Shown: positions 38,562 through 49,471 of the stretch, piece by piece | Position numbering within the stretch: position 1 is the first letter of the stretch | Layout: the number at the start of each line of letters is the position of its first letter | Assembly (NCBI GenBank): GCA_044376115.1 | Contig: JBILLK010000002.1 | Span: forward strand, 256,001 to 320,000 | Direction: 5' to 3' | DNA: 64,000 bases | DNA from: Polyangiaceae bacterium | GTDB taxonomy: Bacteria; Myxococcota_A; Polyangia; Polyangiales; Polyangiaceae | The notes under the pieces: model-generated | Databases searched by the model: none | Told to the model about the DNA's origin: nothing | What the model saw: the letters and a program-made list of their open reading frames with translations, nothing else | Made by a program: the position numbers and the translations under genes

Positions 38562-40090
38562 CAGAAGCTCATGCCGGCCCTTAGAAACTCCGAGATCCGC
38601 TCGCCCACCATCAAGGTTGGCAGGTTCGTGTTGGCGGTTGGGATGACCGGGAAAATGCTGGCGTCGGCGACCAGCACTCCCTCGACGCCGCGCAGCCTGC
38701 CACAACCGTCGACCGCTCCTTCGTTGATCGAGGAAGCGCCCATCGGGATGGTGCCGCAGGGGTGGTAGCCGGAGCCGGTGATCTTCGGCAAAAAGGCCTG
38801 CAGATCCTCACGTCGGGTGAGCACCCGGGCGGTCGGAATCACTGGATAGGCGATCGAGCGCAGCTCAGGCTGTCGCGCGATCTGATAGATGCGTTCGAGC
38901 GCCTCGGTGACCCGCGCGCGATCTCGCGGATGATCCAGAAATCCCATCTCGATGATCGGCTTGGCGTCCGGTGCGTTGCTCTCGAAGCGGATCTTTCCGC
39001 GCGCATCCGGCCTGCCGATCGGCGCCATGATCGAGAAGAACGGGATCGAAAGCCCAAACAACGGCACGAACGAACCGGCCTGAATCTGTAGATCGTAGGC
39101 AGCATCGCTCCCCACCGAGGTCGCGCGGGCCATCACCTGAATCAACGGATCCTCGATGTTGGGGCGCAGGCTCGTACGGGGCGCGAAGAGCACGGCCGTG
39201 CCGGAGTGGTCGAGCAGTTGTGCGCCGACGGTGGGCGAGTCGACCACGACGTTCACGTTCATGCGATCGAGCTCGGCCTTAGGCCCGATACCCGAGCGCA
39301 AGAGGATGCCCAGCGAGCCGATCGCTCCGGACGAGAGCACCATGCGATCGGCCCGTAGCGTGCGCGTGACGCCGTGTGTGTCGCGCACGAGCAGGCCGGC
39401 GAACTTGCCGCCCTCGAACTCGACCTTGAGCACGTGCGTATCGGGCAGGATGCTGAGGTTGGAACGGCGCCGCACCGACGGGGTGAGGTAACAGCGAGCT
39501 GCGCTCATGCGCTCACCACCGACTTTGTTCATCGCGTGGGGGCCGACGCCGCAGGGCAGCTCCGGGTTATTGTGGTCAACCGTCTCGGCGTAGCCCGCGC
39601 GCCGCGCAGCCTCGAAGAACGCCGCTTGCCATGGCACGAGCTCCGACTCAGCGTGACGGCGAATCGGGATCGGACCGCCTTGCCCGTGCCACTCGTCGTC
39701 GAAGTCGAGATCGTGTTCGAGGCGCTTGAACGAGGGCAGCACCTTATCGAAAGACCACTCGCTGAGCCCACGATCGGCCCAGTCGTTGTAGTCATAGGGA
39801 TGGCCGCGCAAGGCGATGCAGGTGTTGACGGCGGAAGACCCACCGACGACCCGGCCGCGCGGAAACGCAAAGGTGTTGCTGCGCTGTGAGGCGGGGCGGA
39901 AGCGGTAGCCCCAATCGTGTCGATCGAGATCGGCGTTGTGGCGCCCATCGCGGAGATCCTCCGGGACTTCTTGGATCGACGGGTAGTCAGGGCCTGCCTC
40001 GATCAGGGTCACCTGCTGACTGCCGTTCTCACTCAGCCGAGCTGCAATCACCGACCCAGCTGAGCCTGCTCCGACCACCAGCGTATGCAT
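38561..40090 (-). CDS. GMC family oxidoreductase
   Basis: VGAGSAG, EAGPD, RGRVVGGSSAVN, GYHPCGT, VADASIFP..NTN. Confidence 0.93.
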   Translation of the reverse strand: MHTLVVGAGSAGSVIAARLSENGSQQVTLIEAGPDYPSIQEVPEDLRDGRHNADLDRHDWGYRFRPASQRSNTFAFPRGRVVGGSSAVNTCIALRGHPYDYNDWADRGLSEWSFDKVLPSFKRLEHDLDFDDEWHGQGGPIPIRRHAESELVPWQAAFFEAARRAGYAETVDHNNPELPCGVGPHAMNKVGGERMSAARCYLTPSVRRRSNLSILPDTHVLKVEFEGGKFAGLLVRDTHGVTRTLRADRMVLSSGAIGSLGILLRSGIGPKAELDRMNVNVVVDSPTVGAQLLDHSGTAVLFAPRTSLRPNIEDPLIQVMARATSVGSDAAYDLQIQAGSFVPLFGLSIPFFSIMAPIGRPDARGKIRFESNAPDAKPIIEMGFLDHPRDRARVTEALERIYQIARQPELRSIAYPVIPTARVLTRREDLQAFLPKITGSGYHPCGTIPMGASSINEGAVDGCGRLRGVEGVLVADASIFPVIPTANTNLPTLMVGERISEFLRAGMSF

Positions 40091-40115
40091 AGGGATCGAG
40101 GAGCTTAGCAGACAA

Positions 40116-40159
40116 AGTGTACAGCACTACTTGACGCTGATCCGCGCTGGGCCTACGCC
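40116..40159 (+). promoter_or_regulatory. Candidate sigma70-type promoter with small upstream inverted repeat
   Basis: TTGACG (40131) -17 nt- TACGCC; AGTG-N5-CACT at 40116-40128; lies in the divergent GMC/reductase intergenic region. Confidence 0.3.
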
Positions 40160-40166
40160 CGCGCGC

Positions 40167-41303
40167 ATGGGATTTTTCTCGAGCCTCAAGAACGACATGA
40201 AGTCGCTTGTCTCCGGCATCTTCTCCGACAAACCCGCGCCTTATGCGGGCAAGAAGGGGGAGCGCGGCGAGGCCAAAAAGACCACTCGCTCCTTGCTCGT
40301 CAAAGAGGTCATCGTCGAGACCCCGGACGCTCGCACGATCGTCCTTACGGATCCGAGCGGAGCGCCGCTCGAGTTCGAGGCTGGTCAGTTTTTCACCTTG
40401 CTACGCAAGATCGACGGCAAAGAGGTGCGCCGCGCGTATTCAGCGTCGAGCTCGGCCTCGGTCACGAGTGAGGTGCGCGTCACGGTAAAGCAGATCGAGG
40501 GCGGCTTGGTCTCGCCCCGGCTAGTTCGTGAACTCAGCGCCGGGGAAACCTTGGAGGTCGCTGGACCAAGCGGGCAATTCACGCTCCCCAAGGGTCGCAA
40601 GCACGCCGTGTTGCTCGGCGGCGGCAGCGGCATCACGCCGCTGATGAGCATCGCGCGCACCCACCTCGCGCTCGATCCAGAGCTGAAGCTCGATCTTGTG
40701 TTTGGTAACCGCGGCAAGGAGGACATCATTTTCCGCGAGGAGCTGAGCGCTTTGGTGGAGGAGCACGCTGGCCGTTTCCGCGTGCGGCACGTGCTCGAGA
40801 ATGCAGACCCGATCGCGTCACACGTGGGGCGCTTGGATCGCGCCACCGTGCTGGCCGAGCTCGACGCGCTGGAGAGCTTCGCTTCGGCCACCTCGATGTT
40901 CTTCCTTTGTGGCCCGGTGGGCATGATGGATGAGGCCAAGGCCGCGCTGGAGTCGCGAGGAGTATCGGCGTCGCGCATCAAAGAAGAGCGCTTCGTCAGC
41001 CCCTCGGACAGCTCGCAAGGTGGCTCGGAAGGCCCTGAGGACGTTGAGGTCTCGGTCCAGGGGGATCTGTTCACCGTCACCGTTCAACCGGGCATGACCA
41101 TCCTCGAGGCTGCGCAGGACGCCGGCGTTGAAATTCCATTCTCGTGCACCGTCGGCGGGTGCGCTTCGTGTCGCGTGAAGTTGGTCGCGGGCAAGGTTGC
41201 GCTCGGTGAGCCCAACTGCCTCGATCCAGATGAGCGCAAGGAGGGCTACATCTTGGCCTGCGTTTCGCGTCCGCTCGGCCCCTGCAAGGTCGAGGTCGAG
41301 TGA
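40167..41303 (+). CDS. FAD/NAD(P)H ferredoxin reductase with C-terminal 2Fe-2S (PaaE/KshB-like)
   Basis: GQFFTL, RAYS, GPSGQF, GGSGITP, CGP, CTVGGCASC..LAC; start re-picked at 40167. Confidence 0.92.
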   Translation: MGFFSSLKNDMKSLVSGIFSDKPAPYAGKKGERGEAKKTTRSLLVKEVIVETPDARTIVLTDPSGAPLEFEAGQFFTLLRKIDGKEVRRAYSASSSASVTSEVRVTVKQIEGGLVSPRLVRELSAGETLEVAGPSGQFTLPKGRKHAVLLGGGSGITPLMSIARTHLALDPELKLDLVFGNRGKEDIIFREELSALVEEHAGRFRVRHVLENADPIASHVGRLDRATVLAELDALESFASATSMFFLCGPVGMMDEAKAALESRGVSASRIKEERFVSPSDSSQGGSEGPEDVEVSVQGDLFTVTVQPGMTILEAAQDAGVEIPFSCTVGGCASCRVKLVAGKVALGEPNCLDPDERKEGYILACVSRPLGPCKVEVE

Positions 41304-42112
41304 TGCGAGCCGAGGGCCGGCCGCTACCACGCAGCGAGGAGCTGCGAAGCGGAAGGCCCCGCCGCGCCAAGGCCACAGAGCGCGGCTATCGCATGAAGGA
41401 CCTGTGTGAACTCACGGGTCTCGAACGTCAGACGATTCACTTCTACATCCACGAAGGGCTGTTGCCGCTGGGTCGCAAGACCGGTCGCAACATGGCCTAC
41501 TACGGCGAGGAGCACCTTTCGCGGCTGCGGCTGATCCGGCGCTTGCAGGAGGAGCGTTTTCTGCCGTTGCGGGCGATCAAAGCCATTCTCGGCGGTCGGC
41601 CGACGGGCTTCTCGAGCGCGCAACGCAAGCTGATCAGCGAGGTCAAGTTGCGCTTGCTCGCGAGTGAACCGCTGACCGACCGAAGCTCCCAGCAGGTGCT
41701 CATCAAGGACCTCGCGAATGAGTCCAACCTCACCGTGAAGGACGTCGAGGAGCTCGTATCGCTCGGCCTTTTGCACGCAACGGGTGAAGGCGCCAAGCGC
41801 GCCGTGTCTCGTCAGGACGCCTGGATCGTCTCGTCGTGGGGGCAACTTGCGCGGGCCGGACTCAACCGTGAACGCGGCTTCTCACCGGCGGATCTCGTGC
41901 TGTTCGACCAAGCGCTGAGCGAGCTCTTCGCCAAGGAGCGGGACCTCCTGCTCGAGCGCTTGGCCAACGAGCGGGCCGAGGAGGTTGCCGCCATCATCCA
42001 GCGCGCTTTGCCGATCTTGGCCGAATTTCTTGGCAGACTCCACACGCAAAAGGCGCGCGACCTGTTCGCGCTCGAGCCCATCGCTTCGCAAGAAGAACCC
42101 ACGGAAGGTTAG
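41300..42112 (+). CDS. MerR family transcriptional regulator
   Basis: YRMKDLCELTGLERQTIHFYIHEGLL..KTGRNMAYY..LPLRAIK. Confidence 0.88.
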   Translation: MMRAEGRPLPRSEELRSGRPRRAKATERGYRMKDLCELTGLERQTIHFYIHEGLLPLGRKTGRNMAYYGEEHLSRLRLIRRLQEERFLPLRAIKAILGGRPTGFSSAQRKLISEVKLRLLASEPLTDRSSQQVLIKDLANESNLTVKDVEELVSLGLLHATGEGAKRAVSRQDAWIVSSWGQLARAGLNRERGFSPADLVLFDQALSELFAKERDLLLERLANERAEEVAAIIQRALPILAEFLGRLHTQKARDLFALEPIASQEEPTEG

Positions 42113-42119
42113 GCGTCCC

Positions 42120-43337
<1,218 letters not shown>

Positions 43338-43357
43338 AGAGCTACTCGAGAGTCCCA

Positions 43358-45184
43358 ATGAAAATGCGTTCGTCGCTTCGTCACCTCCTCTCCTCGGCGC
43401 TACTCGTCGCGCTTGCCTGCGGTTCAGGAGCACCGCCGCAGGCCTTCCCCGGCTTGCCGATCGGGCCGACGTTGCCCGAGCCCGACATCTTCGCCTCGCT
43501 GCCGGACGCGCCGCCGAAGAGCGGTGAGCGAAGGTTGCCCGGCGGCAGCGCCGAAGGGAACCGCGTTGCACTGGGTACCAAGGGCGCGGTGGCATCGCAG
43601 GAGAACTTCGCGACCGACGTGGGGCTCGAGATTCTCAAGAAAGGCGGCTCATCGGTGGACGCAGCGATCGCGGTTGGCTTCGCGTTGGCCGTCACGCACC
43701 CGTCGGCGGGCAACATCGGCGGCGGCGGCTTTATGTTGATCCGCAACGTCGCAGGCGACGTTCACGCGGCCGATTTTCGCGAACGCGCTCCGAAGGCTGC
43801 CTCGCGCGACATGTACCTCGACAAGAAGGGCGAAGTGTCGAAGGACGCCACCGTTGGGCCCAAGTCGGCGGGCATTCCCGGCACGGTTGCGGGCTTTTGG
43901 CTTGCGCATCAGAAGTTCGGCAAGCTGCCGTGGGCTGAGCTCGTCGCGCCGGCGATCAAGCTCGCCAAAGAGGGCGTGCTGCTCGACAAGCTGAAGGCCG
44001 ACTCGCTCAAGAAGGCAGCCGAGGGCATGCGCAAGGAGGGCTACGAGTCGACGGCCAAACACCTCGAGAGTGCGAAGGGTGCGTTGAACGAGGGGGAGCT
44101 TTGGCTCCAACCCGATCTGGCGGTCACGCTCGAACGCATCGCGAAGGAAGGTCCACCGGGCTTCTATCGTGGGCCGGTCGCCGAGAAGCTCGTGAAGGGA
44201 GTGAAGAAGGGTGGCGGGATTTGGACGCTGCAAGACCTGTCGTCGTACGAGGCCAAGTGGCGCGCGCCGGTCGTGTTCAACTATCGCAACCACACCATCG
44301 TAACGATGCCGCCTCCCTCAGCCGGAGGCGTCGTGTTGCAGCAGATGCTCGGGATGAGCGAGGCACTCGACCTCAAGCAGTCACCGTGGCGTGGCGCGGA
44401 GGAGATTCACCTGTTCGCCGAGACGATGCGTCGCGCCCACGCCGACCGCAATCAGCTCCTTGGTGATCCCGACTTCGTCAAGATGCCGCTCGAGACGATC
44501 TTGAGCCCCGAGTACATCGCTGCTCGGGCGAAAACCATCGATCGAGCGAAGGCCACTCCGTCCTCCGCGGTCAGTGCCGGCGCGTCGTTGAAGCCGCAGT
44601 CGACCGAGACCACGCACTACTCGGTGATCGACGAGGCTGGCAACGCTGTGTCGACGACCTACACGCTCAACACTGGCTACGGGGCGAAGTACATCGTCGA
44701 TGGGACGGGAGTGCTGCTCAACAACGAGATGGATGACTTCGCCTCGGCGCCCGGCAAGCCGAACACCTTCGGGCTCGTGCAGGGTGAAGCGAACAAGATC
44801 GAGCCGGGCAAGCGGATGCTTTCGAGCATGACGCCGACCATCATCGTCAAGGATGGAGAGGTGAGGGCGGTGCTCGGCTCGCCGGGAGGCTCAACCATCT
44901 CGACCACGGTCGCGCAGCTGACCCGAGCGCTGATCGACTACGACATTCCGCTCGATCGTGCCGTCCCGGCGATCCGTGCGCACCATCAGTGGATGCCCGA
45001 CGCCATCATGCTCGATGGGGACGTCCCGGCGGACGTGAAGGCCGACTTGGAGGCCCGCGGGCACAAGCTGATGTCGCGCGGTCGCATTGGTCACGCCAAC
45101 TGCATCGAGGTGGACCCCAAGACCCGCGGGTTCCGCGCGGTCGCCGACACCACGCGCAGCGGCGGTAAGGCAGCGGCCTACTAG
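43358..45184 (+). CDS. ggt: Gamma-glutamyltransferase (lipoprotein)
   Basis: GNIGGGGF, DFRERAP, PGTVAG, ETTHYS nucleophile, NNEMDDF, KRMLSSMTP, GSPGG; lipobox ALAC. Confidence 0.95.
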   Translation: MKMRSSLRHLLSSALLVALACGSGAPPQAFPGLPIGPTLPEPDIFASLPDAPPKSGERRLPGGSAEGNRVALGTKGAVASQENFATDVGLEILKKGGSSVDAAIAVGFALAVTHPSAGNIGGGGFMLIRNVAGDVHAADFRERAPKAASRDMYLDKKGEVSKDATVGPKSAGIPGTVAGFWLAHQKFGKLPWAELVAPAIKLAKEGVLLDKLKADSLKKAAEGMRKEGYESTAKHLESAKGALNEGELWLQPDLAVTLERIAKEGPPGFYRGPVAEKLVKGVKKGGGIWTLQDLSSYEAKWRAPVVFNYRNHTIVTMPPPSAGGVVLQQMLGMSEALDLKQSPWRGAEEIHLFAETMRRAHADRNQLLGDPDFVKMPLETILSPEYIAARAKTIDRAKATPSSAVSAGASLKPQSTETTHYSVIDEAGNAVSTTYTLNTGYGAKYIVDGTGVLLNNEMDDFASAPGKPNTFGLVQGEANKIEPGKRMLSSMTPTIIVKDGEVRAVLGSPGGSTISTTVAQLTRALIDYDIPLDRAVPAIRAHHQWMPDAIMLDGDVPADVKADLEARGHKLMSRGRIGHANCIEVDPKTRGFRAVADTTRSGGKAAAY

Positions 45185-45543
45185 CTGCCGAGCAACTTGG
45201 TTACGACTTTGAGCAGCTCATTCGAACGAAAGGGCTTCTTGATGAAGCTCGCGCCCGTACGCAGCAATTCGTTCAGCGGCTCCGAGGACGCGCCCGACAT
45301 AAAGAGCAGTTTGGGCGCGTTCGTATAGCGCATGCGCTTGGCGAACTCCGGCCCCGACAAGGTCGGCATCCGCACATCGGTGACAACCAGGGCGTACTCA
45401 TTCGACTCCACGAGCTGCAAGGCTTCTTGGCCATTGTGCGCGAGAGTGACGTCGAAGCCTTCGGCGCTGAGCACGGTTGAGAGTAACCGCAAGAGCAGCG
45501 GTTCATCGTCGACCACCAAAATTCTACGTGCAGCTGTACTCAC
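45181..45543 (-). CDS. Single-domain response regulator
   Basis: ILVVDDE, TDVRMP, MSG, KPF. Confidence 0.92.
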   Translation of the reverse strand: MSTAARRILVVDDEPLLLRLLSTVLSAEGFDVTLAHNGQEALQLVESNEYALVVTDVRMPTLSGPEFAKRMRYTNAPKLLFMSGASSEPLNELLRTGASFIKKPFRSNELLKVVTKLLGS

Positions 45544-47249
45544 AAAACCTCCGAACGCGGCAGGCTCAAACGGAAGAGCGCGCCGCCGTGCTTCGAGCGC
45601 TCGTAGTGCAGACTTCCCTGATGTTCCTTGGCGATCCCATTCGAGATCGCGAGACCGAGTCCACTACCGGAACCAACGGGTTTTGACGATACGAAGGGCG
45701 CGAAAAACTGTTCGGGCTCATCGCCCATGCCTGGTCCAGAGTCGGCCACTTCAACGATGACTTCAGCCTCGACCGCACGCGTACTGAGCTCAATGACTCG
45801 AACAGCAGATTCGGCACGCTCGAGGGCTTCGCGCGCGTTGTTGACCAGGTTTTGCACCACGGTTTCGATCTGGACCTGATCGCAATCGACGGTCGGGAGA
45901 TCGAGATCGAGGTGCAACTGCAGCGCAATGTCGGCTTTGCGCAGGTCGGGCTCGAGCAGCCGGAGGCTGCGATTGACGATGCGGTTGAGGTCCTCGGGCT
46001 TTCGCTGTGGACCTCGCCGCTGCTCCAAGGAGAAGTCGCGCACGCGGTCAACGACGCGCCGCATACGCTCGGCCTGGGAGAGGATGGCCTCCAGCGCCTG
46101 CTGCGTCTCCGCGTCGTAAGCGGTGCTGGGCTTCGAGGCGAGCAGGTCGGCGTAGCCCAAGACGACCGCGAGCGGGTTGTTGAGTTCATGCGCGACCACG
46201 GCGCCCATCACGCCGAGCGACGCGAGCTTGCCCGCCTGTGCGACCTCCGCCTGCAGCTTGGCGCGCTCTTGTTCGGCGTGCCCGTGAGCGATCACAAGCC
46301 TTGCTAGGGCTCCAAACTCAGTGCGGGTACGGCCTACCGCGAGCAGGTCCGGGTGTTCGTTGCAGCGAATGCCCTCGGTGATCGTACCCAGGGGTCGCAG
46401 GATCAAGCGGCTCAGGGAGAAGCCAAGGGTCGCGAGCAACAACCCAACGAACAACGCGAAGATGAGCCCCGTCCGTTCGTGGTGTTGCTTGAACTGCTCA
46501 TTGATCGGGTTGTTGACCACGGCGCACAGCCAGCCAACCGAGGACTGGTCAGTCGACTTGATGGCGAAGCCTGCGACGGTATCGCTGGCCGCTCCGTGGT
46601 GGTCGCAGGAGCCAGCCGCGCTCTCGACTCGCAGCCTTCCGCCGACGACGGGGGCAAACTGGTCAACGTAGTCCTGCGACCAAACCTTCATGATCAGAAG
46701 GAAGCCGCGCGCCGGAGCGCTGCGATTGACGTCCTCCTCGCGCTGAATCTTCGCCCCGCGGAACTCGAGGAGGCTGCCCTCATCGTTGAGCGCGAAGGCT
46801 TGAAAGAAGGACCCCGAACGAAATAGGCCAGCGACGTCGGGGACCTTCTCTTGGGTCAAAAGCACGGCGAGCGAAGACTGCGCTCCAAGCGAATAGGCTT
46901 GCTTGCTCTGAGCGTCGAATACCCACAAGCCTTCAAACTTGAAGTTGTTGAGCGAGCCCTCAAGGTTAACTTTGGCCCATTCAGCGTTTGGCTGCGCTGC
47001 GAAATCGGCCATTTCTCCCCAATGGGAGTAATCCGCGGCGAAGTTCTCGTAGACCACACCACGGAGCCGAACGGTCTCCGCCACAGTGTGACTCAGCGAG
47101 GCCTCCTGCGAGCGCCCTAGAGCCGCGAGATTAAGGTCATCCTGAAGCGCTACGCCCACAAACAGGGCCGCCACCAGGGCACATACCGAAATCGGAATCA
47201 GGAGGAGACGGACGACCAGGCCATCTGTGCACGCTCGCCGCAGCTCCAC
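45540..47249 (-). CDS. CHASE4-like membrane sensor histidine kinase
   Basis: TM-periplasmic (DYSHW..)-TM, HELNNPL, NLVNNA, DSGPG, GSGLGL. Confidence 0.88.
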   Translation of the reverse strand: MELRRACTDGLVVRLLLIPISVCALVAALFVGVALQDDLNLAALGRSQEASLSHTVAETVRLRGVVYENFAADYSHWGEMADFAAQPNAEWAKVNLEGSLNNFKFEGLWVFDAQSKQAYSLGAQSSLAVLLTQEKVPDVAGLFRSGSFFQAFALNDEGSLLEFRGAKIQREEDVNRSAPARGFLLIMKVWSQDYVDQFAPVVGGRLRVESAAGSCDHHGAASDTVAGFAIKSTDQSSVGWLCAVVNNPINEQFKQHHERTGLIFALFVGLLLATLGFSLSRLILRPLGTITEGIRCNEHPDLLAVGRTRTEFGALARLVIAHGHAEQERAKLQAEVAQAGKLASLGVMGAVVAHELNNPLAVVLGYADLLASKPSTAYDAETQQALEAILSQAERMRRVVDRVRDFSLEQRRGPQRKPEDLNRIVNRSLRLLEPDLRKADIALQLHLDLDLPTVDCDQVQIETVVQNLVNNAREALERAESAVRVIELSTRAVEAEVIVEVADSGPGMGDEPEQFFAPFVSSKPVGSGSGLGLAISNGIAKEHQGSLHYERSKHGGALFRLSLPRSEVL

Positions 47250-47269
47250 CTAACCCACAACGGAACGTT

Positions 47270-47295
47270 GAGGCCAAGGCTTTAGCTCTGGCCTC
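47270..47295 (-). terminator. Hairpin after the cytochrome/DUF1501-like operon
   Basis: GAGGCCA...TGGCCTC 7-bp inverted repeat 13 bp downstream of the stop; no U-tract. Confidence 0.3.
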
Positions 47296-47308
47296 CGAGT
47301 GAGGCGCG

Positions 47309-48697
47309 CTATTGGATCGGGTTGATGTTGACGATGCCGTCGATCGCCGGACCGTTGTAGAAGTCCTGCACTCGCCGCATATCGCCCTTCGCCACAGCGA
47401 AGGCCACCGCAGCCCCGGCCGCTGCCGAAACCGACTGCGACGAGCCATTAGCGACGGTCTCACCGGTGGTCGGATCGAAGACGTCGGTGGCACCGTTAGC
47501 GCGGACGCCGCCGTGCCAGCCGGTCTTGAGGAAGCCGTTGCCCATCGCGTAGATCCAGTTGGAGTCGTTGGGCGTGCCGTCGGGCCAGCCGCTCTTCACC
47601 CGCGGATCTTTGGGCGTATCACCGTGGATCGTCATCACCACGTTGTCTCCCAACGAGCGCGCCGAGCACGACGGGTCTTCGGCTGCGGTCAGGTCGCCCA
47701 TGAACGCATCCAGGATACCGCCAAGCGTTTGCGTGGTGTCGCGAAGGCTCGCCATATCTCCGAAGGCGCCGTGCGGATCATCGCGAAGCGCAGGCACGAT
47801 CACCGACTGCGTGAGGTTCAAGCGGAAGGCCTTCACCGCGACGATGCAGGCTCGCGCAAGCGACGAGAGCTTGTTTGGGGTCCCGCCGTTGATGCCGTAG
47901 CGAACGAGGTCCTCGTCCTGGACCATCAGCTGGGCTGCGAGGTTCTGACCGAGGAAGCTCGCAGCCTGCTTGCCGATCTTCTGGCCGCGCAGCTGCGTCG
48001 GTCGAGCGGCGGCCTTGTTGAGACCGAGCAGCGCCTTGTAGTAAGCCTCGTAAAGCGCTGCATCTTGCGGCACCTCGAGGATGGCTCGCGAAGCGGCGCT
48101 GTTGAAGAGCTGCACCATGCCGTCGGCGTCGGCCACGTTGGTCGCCGCGGGAGCGCCAGGCGCGTTGCCGAAGGCGACCGGGTTGATCGCGATCACCGGC
48201 AAGAGCGAGGGCGTCGTGCGCTGGATCGAGGCGCATACGGCGAGCATGCTTTGATTGTTGCCGACGCTGGCAGCTGCCGTGGGCGTGGGCGTGTGCGTCT
48301 CGTTGTTGCCGGCCATGAAGGCGGTGATGCGCTTCGACTTGTCGTACTCACGCCATGGCGCCTCGGGCCCGAGCGTTAGCGGCTTGTCGGTGTCGCCTGC
48401 CATCATCGTCTGTCCGAACGCGTGGAAAGCGAAGTCGTCGTTGTTGGCGGAGGCGATCTCGTTGTGCGGCCAGAGCAGCTGGAACCACGCGAAACCACCG
48501 TCGCCCGCGACGATGTGGAAGGACTTGTTGGTGGCGGCGCAAGCGGCTTCATCAGCCATCGCCGAGCCGGCCGTGTCGTTGACCACGTTCAGGATGTTGG
48601 AGCGGTCAACGGCGACAGCGGCGCCGAAGGCGGTCGCAAAGCGCAGAAACCGCCGACGGGAGGAACCTTCGAGATGCTTCAGTAGGTCGTTTGCCAT
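47309..48697 (-). CDS. Tat-exported DUF1501-like protein
   Basis: SRRRFL twin-arginine signal; GDGG..W, DDPHG, LGDNVVMTIHGDTPKDP..WPD resemble DUF1501 WDTH/GEFGRTP/DHWP; start re-picked at 48697. Confidence 0.65.
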   Translation of the reverse strand: MANDLLKHLEGSSRRRFLRFATAFGAAVAVDRSNILNVVNDTAGSAMADEAACAATNKSFHIVAGDGGFAWFQLLWPHNEIASANNDDFAFHAFGQTMMAGDTDKPLTLGPEAPWREYDKSKRITAFMAGNNETHTPTPTAAASVGNNQSMLAVCASIQRTTPSLLPVIAINPVAFGNAPGAPAATNVADADGMVQLFNSAASRAILEVPQDAALYEAYYKALLGLNKAAARPTQLRGQKIGKQAASFLGQNLAAQLMVQDEDLVRYGINGGTPNKLSSLARACIVAVKAFRLNLTQSVIVPALRDDPHGAFGDMASLRDTTQTLGGILDAFMGDLTAAEDPSCSARSLGDNVVMTIHGDTPKDPRVKSGWPDGTPNDSNWIYAMGNGFLKTGWHGGVRANGATDVFDPTTGETVANGSSQSVSAAAGAAVAFAVAKGDMRRVQDFYNGPAIDGIVNINPIQ

Positions 48698-48714
48698 GGT
48701 CGTTCTCCCTTTGA

Positions 48715-49461
48715 TCACTCGCAAGTGTGAGCGGCGCTGAGGAGCGCAGCGACGGCGATGTTGCGGCCCTTTTCGACGTCGCTCGCGTTGTCGATCAGGT
48801 CCTTGCAAATCGCGAGGTGGTCCGCCGTGGCGGGCCGGCCAATGAGACAGCTGACCGCGTCTTCGTTGCAGGTTCCGTCTTCGTTGAAGACCGGAGATCC
48901 AACCCCGTCGATCTGGCACTGCGGCAAGTTCGGCATGGCCGCGATGATCTCGGGCGCTGCTTGAACGAAGATGTCGAACGTTTTGGCGGCGCCAGCCGCG
49001 GTCCACACGATGTCTTCACCCATGCGAGCCGCGTAGTTGGACTGACCGAGCGCCGTTCCGCCGCCAGCCAAAAGTTGGCCAGCCGTCGGCGGGTTGCCGG
49101 TCGCGTCGAGGTTGACGCCGAAGTCGGTGAGCAGGTTGCGCAGCGTCGTGATTTGCAGCTTCTGGCACGAGTGCAAACGAGCGCGGGTCTCGGGTGTACC
49201 CTCGGCCTCGCGGCGCTCGGCGATCACGAACGGATCTTCATCGACACCGTCGACCCCGAGCCCCGCTTGGTGATCGAAGGTGCCTTTCTCGCCGCCGACC
49301 ACGCCGCCCGGCGTGCGGCCCGGCTTGGTGTGCGTGTCGCCGATTGGCTCATTCGGCTTCTTGGTGTGGTTGTCGATCAGGTTGAGCTGGGTGGGCTGCT
49401 CGGCGCAGGCGACCAGAGCGAACAACGGCAGGGTTAGGAGGGCGTGCTTGAAGTTTTTCAT
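48715..49461 (-). CDS. Hypothetical lipoprotein with Cys-rich C-terminal domain
   Basis: Lipobox LVAC; C..CNEDAVSCLIG..C..HTCE; GGAG RBS upstream. Confidence 0.7.
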   Translation of the reverse strand: MKNFKHALLTLPLFALVACAEQPTQLNLIDNHTKKPNEPIGDTHTKPGRTPGGVVGGEKGTFDHQAGLGVDGVDEDPFVIAERREAEGTPETRARLHSCQKLQITTLRNLLTDFGVNLDATGNPPTAGQLLAGGGTALGQSNYAARMGEDIVWTAAGAAKTFDIFVQAAPEIIAAMPNLPQCQIDGVGSPVFNEDGTCNEDAVSCLIGRPATADHLAICKDLIDNASDVEKGRNIAVAALLSAAHTCE

Positions 49462-49471
49462 GGGGCGCTCC